In this document: positions 37,204 through 51,400 of the stretch, in pieces | Position numbering within the stretch: position 1 is the stretch's first letter | How the letters are laid out: every line of letters starts with the position of its first letter | NCBI RefSeq assembly: GCF_031769215.1 | Contig: NW_026782401.1 | Span: 1,364,001 to 1,428,000, forward strand | DNA: 64,000 bases | Source of the DNA: Ylistrum balloti | Lineage: Eukaryota | Direction of reading: 5' to 3' | Notes under the pieces: model-generated | What the model was told of the DNA's origin: nothing | The model's input: only the letters and a program-made list of their open reading frames with translations | Databases searched by the model: none | Translations under genes and position numbers: made by a program

Positions 37204-40200
37204 GTAAGTCAATGTATCCTATAAAGTTCTGTGTGTACAACACTAGAGTTAGTGTTGACGCCTACAATAATACACAGCTGTCGCAATCATTTCATATTCC
37301 GGCTCTCAGTGGGGTTTCAGAGCTGTGGAAAACTCTTATTCATGTAGAATTAACTGTCTGTAAAACAAAACCGGATCTCGAAATGTATTCACTTATGTGA
37401 CGTCATTATCAGAGGTAATCTTAATCACCGTGATTGTTATTGTGTTTCCTGAGGCGGCGAAGGTATCGAATTTGTCAAATAAACTTTAAATCGTTACAGA
37501 TATGCGTTCAGCGTTAGGACGAAATACTTTAATACATAGTTAAACCTCCAATACTTACGGTATCAAATTAAACATATAATGTCACTTTTCAAATAAGTAG
37601 CACAAGATATCTTTAGTACGAAGGTCATTAGAAAAATAGAATCAGAAATGATTTAAAATGTTCAATAGATTACAAGGACATGTTCCATTAGATATTTGTT
37701 CATTAACATAGTGAAGCGTTTGTGTACCTGAAGGAAGACTTGTCTAACAATGACACTTCAGATATGGTACACACATGTAAAAAATCTTCAATTTATCTCA
37801 CGTAAAAATACATAAAGAATGTTTGAGCACGTTTTTAAGTATAATAATGAATACATGATTATACAGTTTAATGTAAATCAAGTGACCGGAGGTGTGCTGT
37901 CTTGAAATTTGCATTTCCTCTTGACCCTTAAAATATTTAATTCATTAAATTCTATCTTTAACATACCAGGAAAATCCCAAAGTTCATTAGATAAATTTTA
38001 TTGCAAAAACAATAATGTTATTAAATTAATTTGAATTCAGTAAATTGTTAATTTTCTTTTATATATTCACATATGAAATTAATATCAGATATGTGAGTCA
38101 AAATTTAAAATTTTAAAACTTTGAAGTTTAGATTCAATGTATTCCCACTTTGAAATTGAGGAAAATGCGACATCATTTATGATATTTCTCAACAGTTTCC
38201 TCTAATCAAAAATAAATGTATTGATAAATATTAACACGAGAATCAGATATGGTGTAAGGGGTATTCATCATTACCTTATGATTTGGTGTTAACGATGAGA
38301 GTTTTATGTGTATCTAACAGTTTTAAAGGGCCCTAGACACGTGTAAGACTCATACATCAGATTGTGATGGGACGATAATAGTTACAGATCGCCTATAAAG
38401 TTTAATTATGGCCATGAAACCTCACCTAGGTGCACGCCCCTCATGCCCCGGACAGGCGCGGGCTAGCAGATTAGGGCTGACACAAATAGGGGATTGTCGA
38501 TAAAGGATCCAATACAGTTACACAACACAGTTGGTTATGCGTTAGTAACAATTGTGTCAGTTCTGAAGATACAATAATGCATTGTCAATACTGATTTTAT
38601 CGGGATGGAAAATGAAATAAATGAAAACAAAAATATTTCTTAATGTCATTTCGATTCATTAATTGATCTTATCTTTTTATTTTTTTTCTGTAAATTATAT
38701 CAATTATTTAATACATTTACGCATGATTTTTAATGGTATCAATATTTTCCCTCATATTATGCTTCGAGCTTATTCTATAAACATTTTCGCTCTTTAGGAA
38801 AAAAACACAATTTTATATAATTATTGAATTCACCTTTCCTGATTTAACAACATAGCTAGGACATTAATTCAATAACACATTTAGTACAAACGTTTGATTC
38901 AGCTTTTTAAAATGTATATTATTAATTGTAAATTTACTCATAATCAAAACATATCTATTTTCAACATTCTGTTGATACGGATAACACGTTTGGATAAAGA
39001 AATCATCAAAATAATATATTGCAATAAAGTAAATGGATAGAACCAGCAAGATGGGATAAGAAAATAAATACAGGAACATGAGTTAGATATGTTTCCCGTT
39101 TAACACTACTAACCACAGTCTCATAAATCCAAACTGTGTTTAGTTAGCTGACACACATACAATGGGACATATTATTACATAAAGAAAAATCCTATCATTA
39201 TTTAAAATACAATTAATGTTATTATTACAATGTCCGAAGTTACAATTATAATGATGATAACGCTCGATGAATAAGTAATCCTTTAAATGATTTAATACCA
39301 TGATAATCAAACATCAGTTTATAAACAGGATAAAAAGACATATGTAAATAACTAACAAATGATATTTTAACACAGTAGTAAGGGTATATCTTGAACATGA
39401 TCTACACTGTATCCTTTGAGTATTCGCAAACTGAAACAGTCAATCAGAATATGTTTTAAAGCCCCTTGTCAATGTCATGTTATAAACTGATATTGTTTAC
39501 ATGATAATGTGGTAGTGACATGCGTCAATGACTCAAGATATAGACACACAGCACAAATTTATAACAGAACAGAGACGTGGTGATGTTCAATCAAATATAT
39601 CACCTCAGGCGCTTTACTTAGATTGTAAACATGTACATGTAGTTCACTCAAATGATATTGGTAACATTTATCTGCAAACGTCGGTTAAATTCCTTTATAT
39701 ATCTAAATATGTCAACAAGTATGCTGTCTAATGAAAAAACTTCATTTAATCGAGATGTTGAGAAAATACACACACACTTTATTAAGTAAACAAGAATAAC
39801 ACAGATGATAACAGGACAATTTGATCTTATGAATCTGCATTGCCGAGTAAAACGTTAAAATCTAAATAGTGCATATTAATTTGCATTTTGGTCGTGTTGA
39901 TATTTACTAAAAATAAAACCAACATCCTTTTTTCGTATTTTTGTATATTAATCTCTGTATTTGACCTCTCTATGTGTGTAAGCACCACATACAGAATTAT
40001 TTTGTTTATGTATGTAAGATGTCAAGAGCAGAGAAGGAACACTTGGCGGTCACATAAACCATGTCACTCGTGTAACCTCTCACTTTAACATTAATAGTAT
40101 ATGGTCGTGTCAAATGAGTACCGGAGGAGTGCCTCAGAATATGCCATGTTTTTTTGTTATTTACATGCTGGTGATAGAATACGCTGAGAGGACACGGTGG

Positions 40201-41766
40201 CATGTTTAACATCTCCGCATTATACCATCTTTAGTGTTATGGGCAAATAATCTCTACTACTAACTCCCTATTTGTCATGTTGCATTTGTCATGCCGTATA
40301 CTACACAAAGTGTGTAAAACAATATGAAAGAATACATTTTGGGAAAGTGTAGGGGAAGCGCGTGAGAGTTGAGATTAATCATATCTGATGTGTTTTTAAA
40401 TATAGAAAATTATATTAAAAATAAATGGAAATTCCAATCTGTTCACTGATAAAACCGTTGTTCACTTCACTTGGAAATTTTTTTTTAAAGTCGCATTTTT
40501 ATAGTATATAAAATATAATTATCATGATATGTTTCTGGACAAAAATTAAATATAAGCATCAGCAAAGGTTAGGAAATCGAAACAAACATTAAAAACATGT
40601 GGTACTCACGTATTTCAAGACGTATGGAATGCCCCACCTGCGTCGAGGTGAGGTATAAATATACAGAACCCAATGAAGGCAAGTCTTTGCCACTAATCAA
40701 CATTCCTTTACTGAGATATGTAAAACCTCTCTTTGATTTATTACGTATGTACACTATAAACATCGGTAAACTTTTTTAACAAGGCACATAGTAATTTATT
40801 CAATTACATTACAGGTGATTACTTTCATTTTTATTTATGAAAAAAGTGTTTTAATAATCTTTGCAGCGATACGGTATATTTGTTTACAGTGTTTTCAGTG
40901 TTTGTAGTCGACAATGTTTTGGATAATCCTATATCAGCAAATATTCGGTGTTGAATTTATCATCAATCTAAAACATATCTGATTTAATGATACCATTAGA
41001 GTGAGCATTATTCAATAAAATCACTCATCAATGTTCACTCAATTTACTGTGTTTGAAAGACTGATATAGAAATATCCCACATTTATGCTATTAAATCCCG
41101 CTATATTGTGCTCAAAGTCTATCAGAGACATCTCCTAAAACATCGTACATTTAATCTATTAGAGGACAAAACATATTTCATTAACGGATGACACGAATGA
41201 TATAAATAACCAATTAGTGATGTCATCTGTATCTGTGTAGCCGCAGCATCTCTCCGTGTCAGCCAAGCACGCTGCATTAGCCCCCATACTAACACTCCCT
41301 TAATGGCCCGTATTACAGTGATACTGTCGGGCGCTACAAAACACAACAAATCTCGATTCAATATGATTACATAAAATCAATGGACAACGACAGATCTGAA
41401 TTATTTAGGACCAGAGCATAACGCAATGTAAATATAACGGTTGATATTTGCCTCTCCGATATGTATTGCAGTTTTATTTGCTTGTGTTTGTTTTTAAGTT
41501 GATTAAAACGGTTTTTGTGACTCTTTTTTTTATAAGACTTAACATTCATATCGAAATGGGAAATAATCAAGTATATTACCATGTTACTAAATTTATTGAA
41601 TTCATTAATATTTTTTCTCTTTCATCAAATATTATACATTTGTTCCTTGTCAATTTTTCAAAATTTTTAAGATGACTTTATCACATATAGATATATACAA
41701 AGATTGTCTCGGCTATTCACTCCAGTTTATATAAGTTTCTAATTTTTGTTGTCTTTCAATTTCCAG
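37204..41766 (+). other. Hox4: Hox4 intron (4563 bp, GT-AG, phase 1)
   Basis: GTAAGT donor; pyrimidine-rich acceptor TTTCAATTTCCAG. Splicing gives G|GA (Gly) and keeps the frame into the homeodomain. Confidence 0.93.
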
Positions 41767-42083
41767 GAAACAACAATATTATATCAGAATCCAAAAGAAA
41801 CAGGACAGCTTACACAAGACACCAGATACTCGAATTGGAGAAGGAATTCCACTTCAACAGATACCTTACGAGGAGAAGACGTATAGAAATAGCTCATACA
41901 CTGTGTTTATCTGAGAGACAAATTAAAATCTGGTTTCAAAACAGAAGAATGAAATGGAAGAAAGAACACAAATTGCCAAATACGAAAACACGACTTATGG
42001 ACGCCACAAACTCACCTCTGGAGCCATCACATCACCATTTTGTTCACAGTATGGCCGCACTTGCAGAGTTAACACCTATCTAG
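41767..42083 (+). CDS. Hox4: Hox4/Deformed homeobox protein, coding exon 2 (homeodomain 41790-41969)
   Basis: [60 protein letters not shown] followed by the PG4-diagnostic KLPNTK. Stop TAG at 42081-42083. Spliced CDS is 789 nt (262 aa). Confidence 0.98.
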
Positions 42084-45000
42084 TCAGTAAGCCTAATTTC
42101 ATGTCCGTTACCTTCCGGTTTTTTTGACAAGAACTTCGGACATTGTGACCATTCCTGTGCTGACATTCTTGTGATAGAAACTGGATGTAACAACCAAAAT
42201 ACCAAAGATTAAAATTGATTTGTGACTTGACGAAAACCTCGGGGTGTAATGTATGTGTGGTTTGTCGTGAAAACGGAGATTTGTAAATAGTGAATAAGTG
42301 CATAATAATTTATGAGCGAGTCTGGACTATGTTATACCCTAGTGTACATTGTAGTTGATCTGTGTTAAAAACAGTATTGGAGAAAATGTGAATTCCCTGT
42401 ATTATCTACAAACTTACACTATACATGAAAAACTTTATACTTTTAGTAAAAAAATATATAGTGAATATTTGGAGTTGTGTCGTTAACGTAACGTACAATT
42501 TTCTCGTTGAACTGTTCATTATGTGTTCTACAAATTTTCCTCTTTTTTATTTCCACATTTTATATTCGTTTAGATATTTTATAAAATAATGTACGCACTT
42601 TGTTAAGTTGTTCAGTCTCTATTTTAGGAAGTGATTTCTCATTTGATAGTAATCATACATTTTGCCGTTAACGTCAATCCTTTTAGGAAAACACATTATT
42701 ATTTCTTTGAAAAATGTTGGACGCTGTGATATTTAAACAAATATTGAAAACAAACGTCAAATTGCGTGACTTATCAACATCGAATTATTACTTCTTTATC
42801 ACAAAAAACCCCAAAAGCCCATAATATCCTGGGTTTTTTCTTCAAACAATACACATGTTATTTCGGTCAAGGTCGTCAATGCATTTGGGATATATTCTGT
42901 ATCCAAATAACATGAGATCAGATTGTGTTACAGTGCAGCTGTTTTATACACGTTAGCGTACACGCATTTTAAGGGGTAAATCTGAAACAAGTGAAATAAA
43001 TAATACAAAATATATTCATCGAAAAAAATATTAAATACAATAATATTTTCCCAATCTGAAATTGCTATGATCACTAAAAATAATTGAGATACATTAGTTT
43101 TCCAGTGAAAAATAAAATAAAAGATTGTCAATACTGAAAGGTAAGTGTAGAATACACTACAGCAAGATTTATATAGAGTAGTGCTATCAAAATTGCTAAC
43201 AACTTGTTTTACCATAAAACTGATTTACAAATCATTTTTCTAAATAAATAGCAATCTTTACCCTTAACAATTACTGAAAGTAATAATGACGTCACATAAT
43301 TAATGAAAATGGTAATACTCTAAGAAGATACGAGTTTATAAAAGACATAAAAACAAAATCATAAGAAATGGTTTGATGAAAGTCAAACCAACTTTATCGG
43401 GTAATGTTATGATTAAACAATAAAACAACATTAATTTAATTTTTGTCAATGAAACAGCTAATGTCAACATCATTGACATTTACATTGCTGGATTACCAAT
43501 TAAGTTTCCGTGCTTAAATGCACTTTCCACACGAAAAAAAAATTAAAGTACATTAAAAATTAATGTGTTACACCTTAGGATGGTAATGGCATGAAGGTCA
43601 AAACAGCATGAAATAGCGCAACATGAAAATGAAAATTGACATGAGAATATATTAAAACTTTAAGATAATAATTGATGCACCTGCAACAGTCATCTTTTAT
43701 GTATATTTAAAGTATACTTAATGTCAAAAAGTGGACACAAAACGGTTGAACGTCGAATATCTGTATACACAAACATTGGAGATAATAGTAATTTACATGT
43801 GTTATTAATTAATTTTAAGTTTCATTATAAATGCAGGCACATTTAGACATGAAGAAAACAACAATTTCCTTAGTCCATATTTTAGAACTATAGTGTTTTT
43901 TTGTTTTTTTTTATAGTTATATAAATGCACAAATATCCTGTTAGTTTGATGACAAACAAACCAATAAGTGTATGATAGATATGTTCCATTGTGAAGACGC
44001 TATCATGCTATATATCCAGAACAAAATATGACAAATATTTATGTAATCTGATCAGCTGCTAGATTTATGAGCTCTAATCGAGGTCGTATATATATGTCAA
44101 AATAAGACAATTATTCATCAGCTACGTTAACTGCAAAAATGTATGAAAACTATTTCCGAAATTTGACGCTAGATGACAAGACTTATTTTTGTTGCTCCAT
44201 TAACTAACTTTAATACTACTCCTGATCACTTTCACTAGTTTCAGATTAGAACTTGTCGTTTTGTTTTTCGTTTTTTGTTTCCGTTACAAGACAAGTTAAT
44301 ACCTCAAATCTTTTGTCAATTTTGTCTAATTCCGATTCACTATAGGTTTATATTACTCGTTTCCATCCTCTATAAATCCCCTACTGTGAATAAAAAGTGT
44401 AATTCGAAATAAATAATATCTTGGATTTTATTTCTTTATTTAATTGCGGTTGTGATGGATGCGTTCTATGATCTGGCTTGACACACATGTCGGATGTCAT
44501 ACAGGAAAATTTACCAGCGTGTAACAAGTCTATCTCCAACCGAAACTTGAGAAACGAGAAATGTCTTAAATGGCCTAGTATTTGTTATCAACTGTGTGTA
44601 AGCTTAGTATTTCCGAAACGAATTTTATTTTGGTACTTGAATGGTTTTTGTTCAAGTGGACAAAGCATACAGACAGAGAATCCCTATCAAAACATAAACT
44701 TCTTATAACGTTAGAGCGATAGTATTGACTGTTTTGTGTTAGTTGATAAGCTGTTGTAAAATATGTATTAAGCTGATCTTCAGAAAAAAATCCTTGCTGC
44801 CTTTCACACTATGAAAGCTATATAGCATTGCACAGACTCAGAGGTGCCTTTAAAATTGTTTCTGAAAGACTACGTCTGAAAGTAAATGCCAGGAATTGAA
44901 AGCAAAATCAAAAGAAAAAAGTTAAATGTTCAGCAAGTGAAACCATACCAATGGTGTCGGATATCTGTGACTGCGGTGAACTTTTCTTGCAAATATTTTC

Positions 45001-45260
45001 TTTTTTCATGTTAACGATATTTGCATGAAAACTTCCGATATGACTCCCCCATAATAAGTTTTTATTCCAAACAAAAATACAATGCTGGATCTGATTTCAC
45101 ATATGAGAAATATAGAAATGAAATTTTCAGTGTCATTCATTTAATTCGTGGTGTCTCCTTCGACCAAAATATTTGGCAGGTTGTTTTCATGACACATGAT
45201 ACATTTGCAAACACGACAACCACTACAGAAAAAGGGAATTAGGTATCCTAGATTAAAAGC

Positions 45261-45402
45261 TACTGTGATATCAGCAATTTTCGCGCGGGGATTATTTTCG
45301 CTAATTGTCATGGTAATCTTAACGAATTACCCACGAAATCAAGTGTCCGCTAAATTTTTTAACATGAAAATTGAGCTCCATACAAACATATAATTTTACA
45401 GT
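45261..45402. mobile_element. short MITE-like element
   Basis: Termini TACTGT(GA)...(TT)ACAGT form short inverted repeats, with internal TTTTCGCG/TTTTCGC motifs. Confidence 0.45.
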
Positions 45403-46399
45403 GCATTGATACAAAGCATGAGATTCATCATATGCTATTATGAACTTTTGCATACTGAACCTAGCAATAATGCATTTGCATGTTATTTACTTCCATCAGA
45501 ATCGTGAATCTTGACAAACAGAATATTAAGAATAAAAAGCCAAGTCCAATTCAAAATATGTTCCGGTTATGTTTAATAATATAATTTCCTGAGAGACCCC
45601 TAAGCTTTCCAGATTTGGATAAATTCATTAGAAATCATACACCTTCAAATACAAATCAACATGAAAGACACTATCGAACAACACATCATATATAACATGA
45701 CATTTAGATTTATATTAATGATTTGGCACTGGAAAATATTCATTAAACTGATGTCTTAAACTGCATAAAAGAAAAGGAATCGTCTTAACATACATACTGG
45801 ACTCTTCACATTTCTCAATTTGGCTGCCGTATTGATGAATAAAGATTGATTCCACGTATACGTACAATTACATTAATAGCATAAGAATATAACATTAGAT
45901 ATTACCTGCCTTGGATTCATATCTTTGTCTGTATATGCATGTATCATTAGTTCAAGATATCGGCAAGTGAAGACCTATACTATTTTTTACCTATCGTAAT
46001 CAACAATTTCTGACAATCAAGATACTTTTTTCATCAAAGCTAATACGTCAGGTGCTGGATGAATGATAGCGACACAGAAACTTTGCTTTGACATTACTCG
46101 ATATGTCAGTTATCTTGAGTATCACGTTCCAAATCTGGATCACAAAATAACTTTGTAACGTCGCAGTGACATACAAATAGAGATTTATCAAAATATATAT
46201 AATGTACTTGTATCCAATAAAACCATTTAATGAAAGCACACATGTAACTGAGAAAGAAAACAATAATTATTTGTTTAATCAAGGCATGTTCTATAATGAC
46301 GTCATTTAAAACATATTTGAATATGTCTCATAAAACAAGACACAGTAACACTCATATGAATGGAATGCTGGAGTCCTCCGTCTCATGTTGAATATTTAC

Positions 46400-46640
46400 T
46401 GAAGTTATGATTGCCAAAACTGACAGTGAGATGCTTGAATGCGATTTTGTCCAGTATTTGGGTTCAAAGTTCACTTCCAATGGATGGTCAAGGTTATCGC
46501 CCATTTATGGTAGTCGATTTTGTGGTCCGTTGTTAAACTCATCATTTCATAAAACTTTCCTTTTTAGACATGTTTATCACCAACATATATTCTTGATTTT
46601 GTCTTCATGACACAGGTGCCACGTGCTTCCGGACTTATGC
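46400..46640 (+). mobile_element. Penelope-like 3' fragment (degenerate)
   Basis: ACAGGTGCCACGTGCTTCCGGAC resembles the GGGTGCCAC...CTTCCGGAGCAC terminal motif of mollusc Penelope-like repeats. Confidence 0.35.
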
Positions 46641-47159
46641 TCTAGACGTACGTCTCCTCTGAATTATAGAATCGCCTTAGGCATTTAGTGATGACCGAGT
46701 TGTAAACTTGTCAAGACGCTAACTACTGTCACCAGACAGCGAATCCCTGGAACCACACACTCATCATAAACAATGACGGGATGTCAAACTTTGATGAAAA
46801 TGTTATTTTGTATGTTTATATACACAAAAGTATACAAATATTTAAAGAGGAAATCTTGTTTATTTTATTTTGTTGTTAATACGCACTTTAATCTTATTTT
46901 TAAATAAACAGCTAATTCCCAAATTTCCTTCTCACCAGGTGGTCCGCTGCAGTTTAAAACACGTGTTGGAACAAACGTATTTTCAATTCATCCTTTTTAT
47001 ACCTCTGCTATTGTCGATTGTTACAGGGTTCCTGTGATGTATTGACAACGAAATGCTAACCAAAATGAAATGTACTTTGATTTAATTTTACGATAATATT
47101 TCAACCTTTGCCAGTTTGGTCCATATCCCTGTCTACATGTGACCTGTAAAAATCATCAA

Positions 47160-47610
47160 GAAAATTCCAAGATGGCAACATAATCATAATCCGAATTTCA
47201 ATTCCATAAAACCAGGGCCAAACATGAAGAAAAGAAATATTTACTCGAGACTCCTGAAAAAGTGCAACGAGAATACAACCAGGTCGTCTGGAGGAGTAGA
47301 CGTCTTCTATTTCATCGACGATATCCGCCATGTAAACCTTGGTCAGTCAATAGGTTTTGCCCCATTCTCAAATGAGAAAAGGGTATACAACAAGGAGCAT
47401 CAAACATGTCCAGCCCCATATCATGCAACGAAATAGAATATTTCTCAACGAAGTCACTATGTCGACCATAAAACATCTCCATAATTTTCATCAACCTGCA
47501 TCTTTTGAACCCTATGAAAGTAGTGATAAACATATAGTCAACTTCATTCTCATGTTAGCGATAAACATGATACCTTTTATACGGCAACTGGGAAATTTTC
47601 GCCCATGAAC
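47160..47610 (-). mobile_element. Penelope-like retroelement fragment: RT C-terminus plus terminal repeat
   Basis: Minus-strand peptide MEMFYGRHSDFVEKYSISL matches the (L/K)KFYGRH.DLV.KY..S.S motif of Penelope-type RT C-termini, and is followed by the terminal segment shared with the 7.2 and 17.1 kb copies. Confidence 0.75.
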
Positions 47611-48099
47611 AGGGAAGGCGAATTGAAGAAAGGAGAGAATGTTTGTTTCAATTTAAAACGGGTTTATATCATCCCCAGAGTGCAAAATAAAGAACATAAG
47701 GAAAATCTATGCACAAGGTTGAAAATAACCTAGGGCGAAATTATTCCAGTATCTATTGTAAATCGTTAAAGACTTTATTGTGATTGTAGCGTTTTACCAA
47801 CAAGCCTGTAACTTATAATTTTGTTTCCGATACCGTTGGTCTTTACAGAAATCGTTAACAGCACATAAAATAAAGCTGATGTGAACGCAAAATGATCCCG
47901 AGAATTCAAATATGATACCGATATTACCATCGTGAACCTGGTCATTAACGGTTAATATCCAATCAATAATTTCTTCACTTCGATATTACTTAATTTATTA
48001 TTGTGAACTATTACCAAGTACTAAAAGCAACACAGAAAATGACATAATGTTGATAGAATCATAGTCCAAACTAAAATTCAATAAAACTAGTGCCAAATG

Positions 48100-48400
48100 T
48101 TACCAAAACCGATTTACTCGGGGATTCCTGGAAAAATTAGTTGTACGTGTTTGATGCCCGTTAGTACACCTATTGGTTCCGTTTATTGATATCGTGTGTC
48201 ATTTGGTAAAGTGACGTAGATTTTCCAAGATTTACATTGCGCGTGTCGTCAATGAAGCAAAAGACTCTACCGGAACACATGGTCGTGTCATCCTTGTACT
48301 TCTTGGGAGTCTCTGTGTTATTTTTTCGTTTGTTCATATTTTGCTCTAGTCTTATGGAATTTGAGTTTTGGATTATGATAGTGTTGCCATGTTGGAAATG
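48100..48400 (+). mobile_element. Penelope-like terminal fragment, inverted relative to 47160-47345
   Basis: The reverse complement (ATGGCAACACTATCATAATCC...TTCCATAAGAC...GACACGACCATGTGTTCCGG) aligns with ATGGCAACATAATCATAATCC...TTCCATAAAAC...AATACAACCAGGTCG at 47170-47290. Confidence 0.65.
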
Positions 48401-51400
48401 TTTTTAATGTTTATTGATTATGTCTATCATGTTATGTTATGGCATCCATTAATGAAAAAATCACCATGAACGAACAGTTGGCAAATTATGCCCTGACATA
48501 TACGTTTGGTGCTAATATCATCTTTTCGTATCCTTTGTCAATGTCATTAGTCTGATTTCTTTAGAAACAACGATGCTATAAAGTGTTTGTCTGTCACCTA
48601 TATATTTCCACTACATGTCGGTGAGCTTCCAAGCTATCTGGACCCTAAATGCGTACTCGAAATAGTGCCAAAATGCATTTTAAAATACTTTTTGAATCCT
48701 ACATTTTCAAATTACTAGGTGATGTACCAAAACGCTCTCTTGAACTAACAAGATTGCTGTTATTCATTTACGTCCTAAACATTTTCCTGAACTCTCTTAC
48801 ATTTTTGTATCTCATAGGTGTGCCAAGCCACTATTTAGGTTACGACCAATTTGGTTTCTTGTCAGGTTATATGCCAAAACAATTTCCTAACCCAAACATT
48901 TTACGGTTACTTGCTGGTTTGTCACCTTACGACATTAATCCAAACACACATGATATCGTCTCTTTGGTCAGCAACTTTCCTGTCTCATTTCCGCCTGATT
49001 GTACTAACTTTGTTACTGATAAGGAATAATTGAAGCAAGTTAAGCAACAATGAACAGTTTATTGAAAAATAAGATGCCGCACGTAACTCTTAGACGACTG
49101 TTCATTTCAAAACTTCCCTTTGACTCTCTTTGAAAATGATTTAGATATTGCATTCTTCGTTTGAGGATATTGTAAAAGAAAAGAAAACAGTATTGACAAC
49201 AATGCATAATCAACCCTCCCTTTCGCAGAAATGTCTTCTGCAAAAAGACAATATTGTAATGTACAAAGTGATAAAGTTTTCAGGAAACAATATACATTTT
49301 AAAAATGCTGCACAGTATGTGAAAAAAAATGCTTCTTGTTTACCTCTTTACTATATATGTCTAACTATGCATAAAAATGTAAATGAACTTTTAATTAAAA
49401 ATCGCACATATCCATTCACATATTTCGTTGAACCACAGATTTCAGGAGACGATTAAGCTGGACGGATGATCAACACACGTTTGCTATAACGAGAAAACAA
49501 ATTCGTAATGTTCGTTTTTTACGTAATGTGAGTACAAATGATAATTTGTGAATGAGTTTAGAAAGCACGCATTAGGATATCAATTTATTATTATGTCAGT
49601 ATTTTCATAACATTCTATAATGAAGATTTTTCTATTTCGCATCAAGAATAGATTCTAGTAAAATCATTTAATGTACATATTCATGCATAATGTATTTGTA
49701 TGACGTCACGATATCTTATTATTGTTGCATATATTTCATACACCTAGATGAATACTGTAATGAATAAATCATACCACTGTCTATACGACCCTGGAGTGTT
49801 TCCTTCGCCCCTAGAAAATAATCTCTTTTTAGAAACATTCCTTTGTCAAAGCCACTCTGATACTTAAATTGTATAGACTCTTCCAATGACCTCTAAGGTA
49901 AGTGTAATACTCTGCTAAAGTTGTTGAAAACCATTCGGATAATGAAAACGGGTTGTTTATAAGCATATTCACCATGCTGTAGTCAACATACTGACTTCGC
50001 TTTCACCGTGTTTCCTAGAACACACTTTTAACCTTGACTTGTATGTTCATCGTGATTTAGCAAAATGTGTCATAGTTATTAGACAATCAAGCTTTAGAAA
50101 CAACTATTTGAAAATAATAGCTGAATATATTGCCATGCCTTGATTACCATTTTCAAAAACGCAAGAAAATGTTGGAACTTGTCAATGTCTTTTTAATTGA
50201 AAGATATGACATAAAACACGGCTTTCTGCAATGATGATAAAAATCATAAGTAAGGATATGGAAAAATACTCCATTTTAAAAATCTTTACTACATATTCAT
50301 AAATGAGCAATCTACAAAGTCAATGCTACTATAACCTGCATCGTAATGATGCATATTTTGTTGGCATTTTAATACAATTGGTGAAAGACATTCTGTATGC
50401 CTGCGGCAAATGCATTTGAAATGGTCAAATTTCGTGAATTGTATGTTCAAATTACTGTTTCCGTCACTTTAATATCTCAAAGACAATTATAATTAGCAAC
50501 CTCTTGATTGCATAATCATGTTTAACGTTAAATTAGTTCACAATCCGACGCTTGTAAAATATCATTATTAAGGATGTCCGCCTCGACATTTAAATCACGT
50601 TTTGACATGATGTTGCATAATGAATTATATTAAGAAAGTCGATTTCAAAATTTTTCATTTTCTTCAGTAAAAGAAATATTCATGTAAATATCATGCTAAT
50701 GTTTTGTAAAAATGGAAAAAAATGTGAACGTGAAGGGTAAAATTTGATTAGCAATAATATGATTTAAAAACGATAATGTAATAATATATACATATATATG
50801 ACAATTCAAAATATATAGAGAGAAATATTGCCGTTTAAAGAACGCCATGACTTTGATATATTTCTATTTTAGAGGACAGGGCGAGTATAATTAATGTAGC
50901 AGTAATGTCGTTTCATTTGCGTGGCATATTTCGTTGATCTAAAACTCATTGCAGTAAACCAAAACTATACATATAAGGAAAATATAACCAGGGTTTTGGA
51001 GCTCTTTATATGGCTAATCGATATCGATCACTAGTCAATAGACAGATGATGATGAAACAGCCCTTTATATATTGTTTTCTGGAACATTTTATCCCATGTC
51101 CGCAAAACCGAAAATCGTGTCTATCACTATCGTTTCTGCTACGTGCGGCCGTAGTTGGCTGGTATTTCACAAGCGAGGCGATGTGATAACTCGAGCTTTA
51201 AATAGACCGTCTGGGCACTGTAAATATACTCGTTAATGACGAGTCATTATCTCGGTGCTAATTACGGTATACAATCCAACAGGTACATCAGGTTAAGGGT
51301 TCTTTGACATGCTGTTCGTCTGCTGAGTCTATAAAACGCTTGAATGCTTGATAGTGCAACATGGTGACGAGCTCAAATTCAAACGAAAACTTGCATAGAG

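Noticed and set aside
37204-37400. C-terminal part of the 222-aa ORF 36732-37400
   Set aside because: It is read-through into the intron past the GTAAGT donor; the true frame continues in exon 2.
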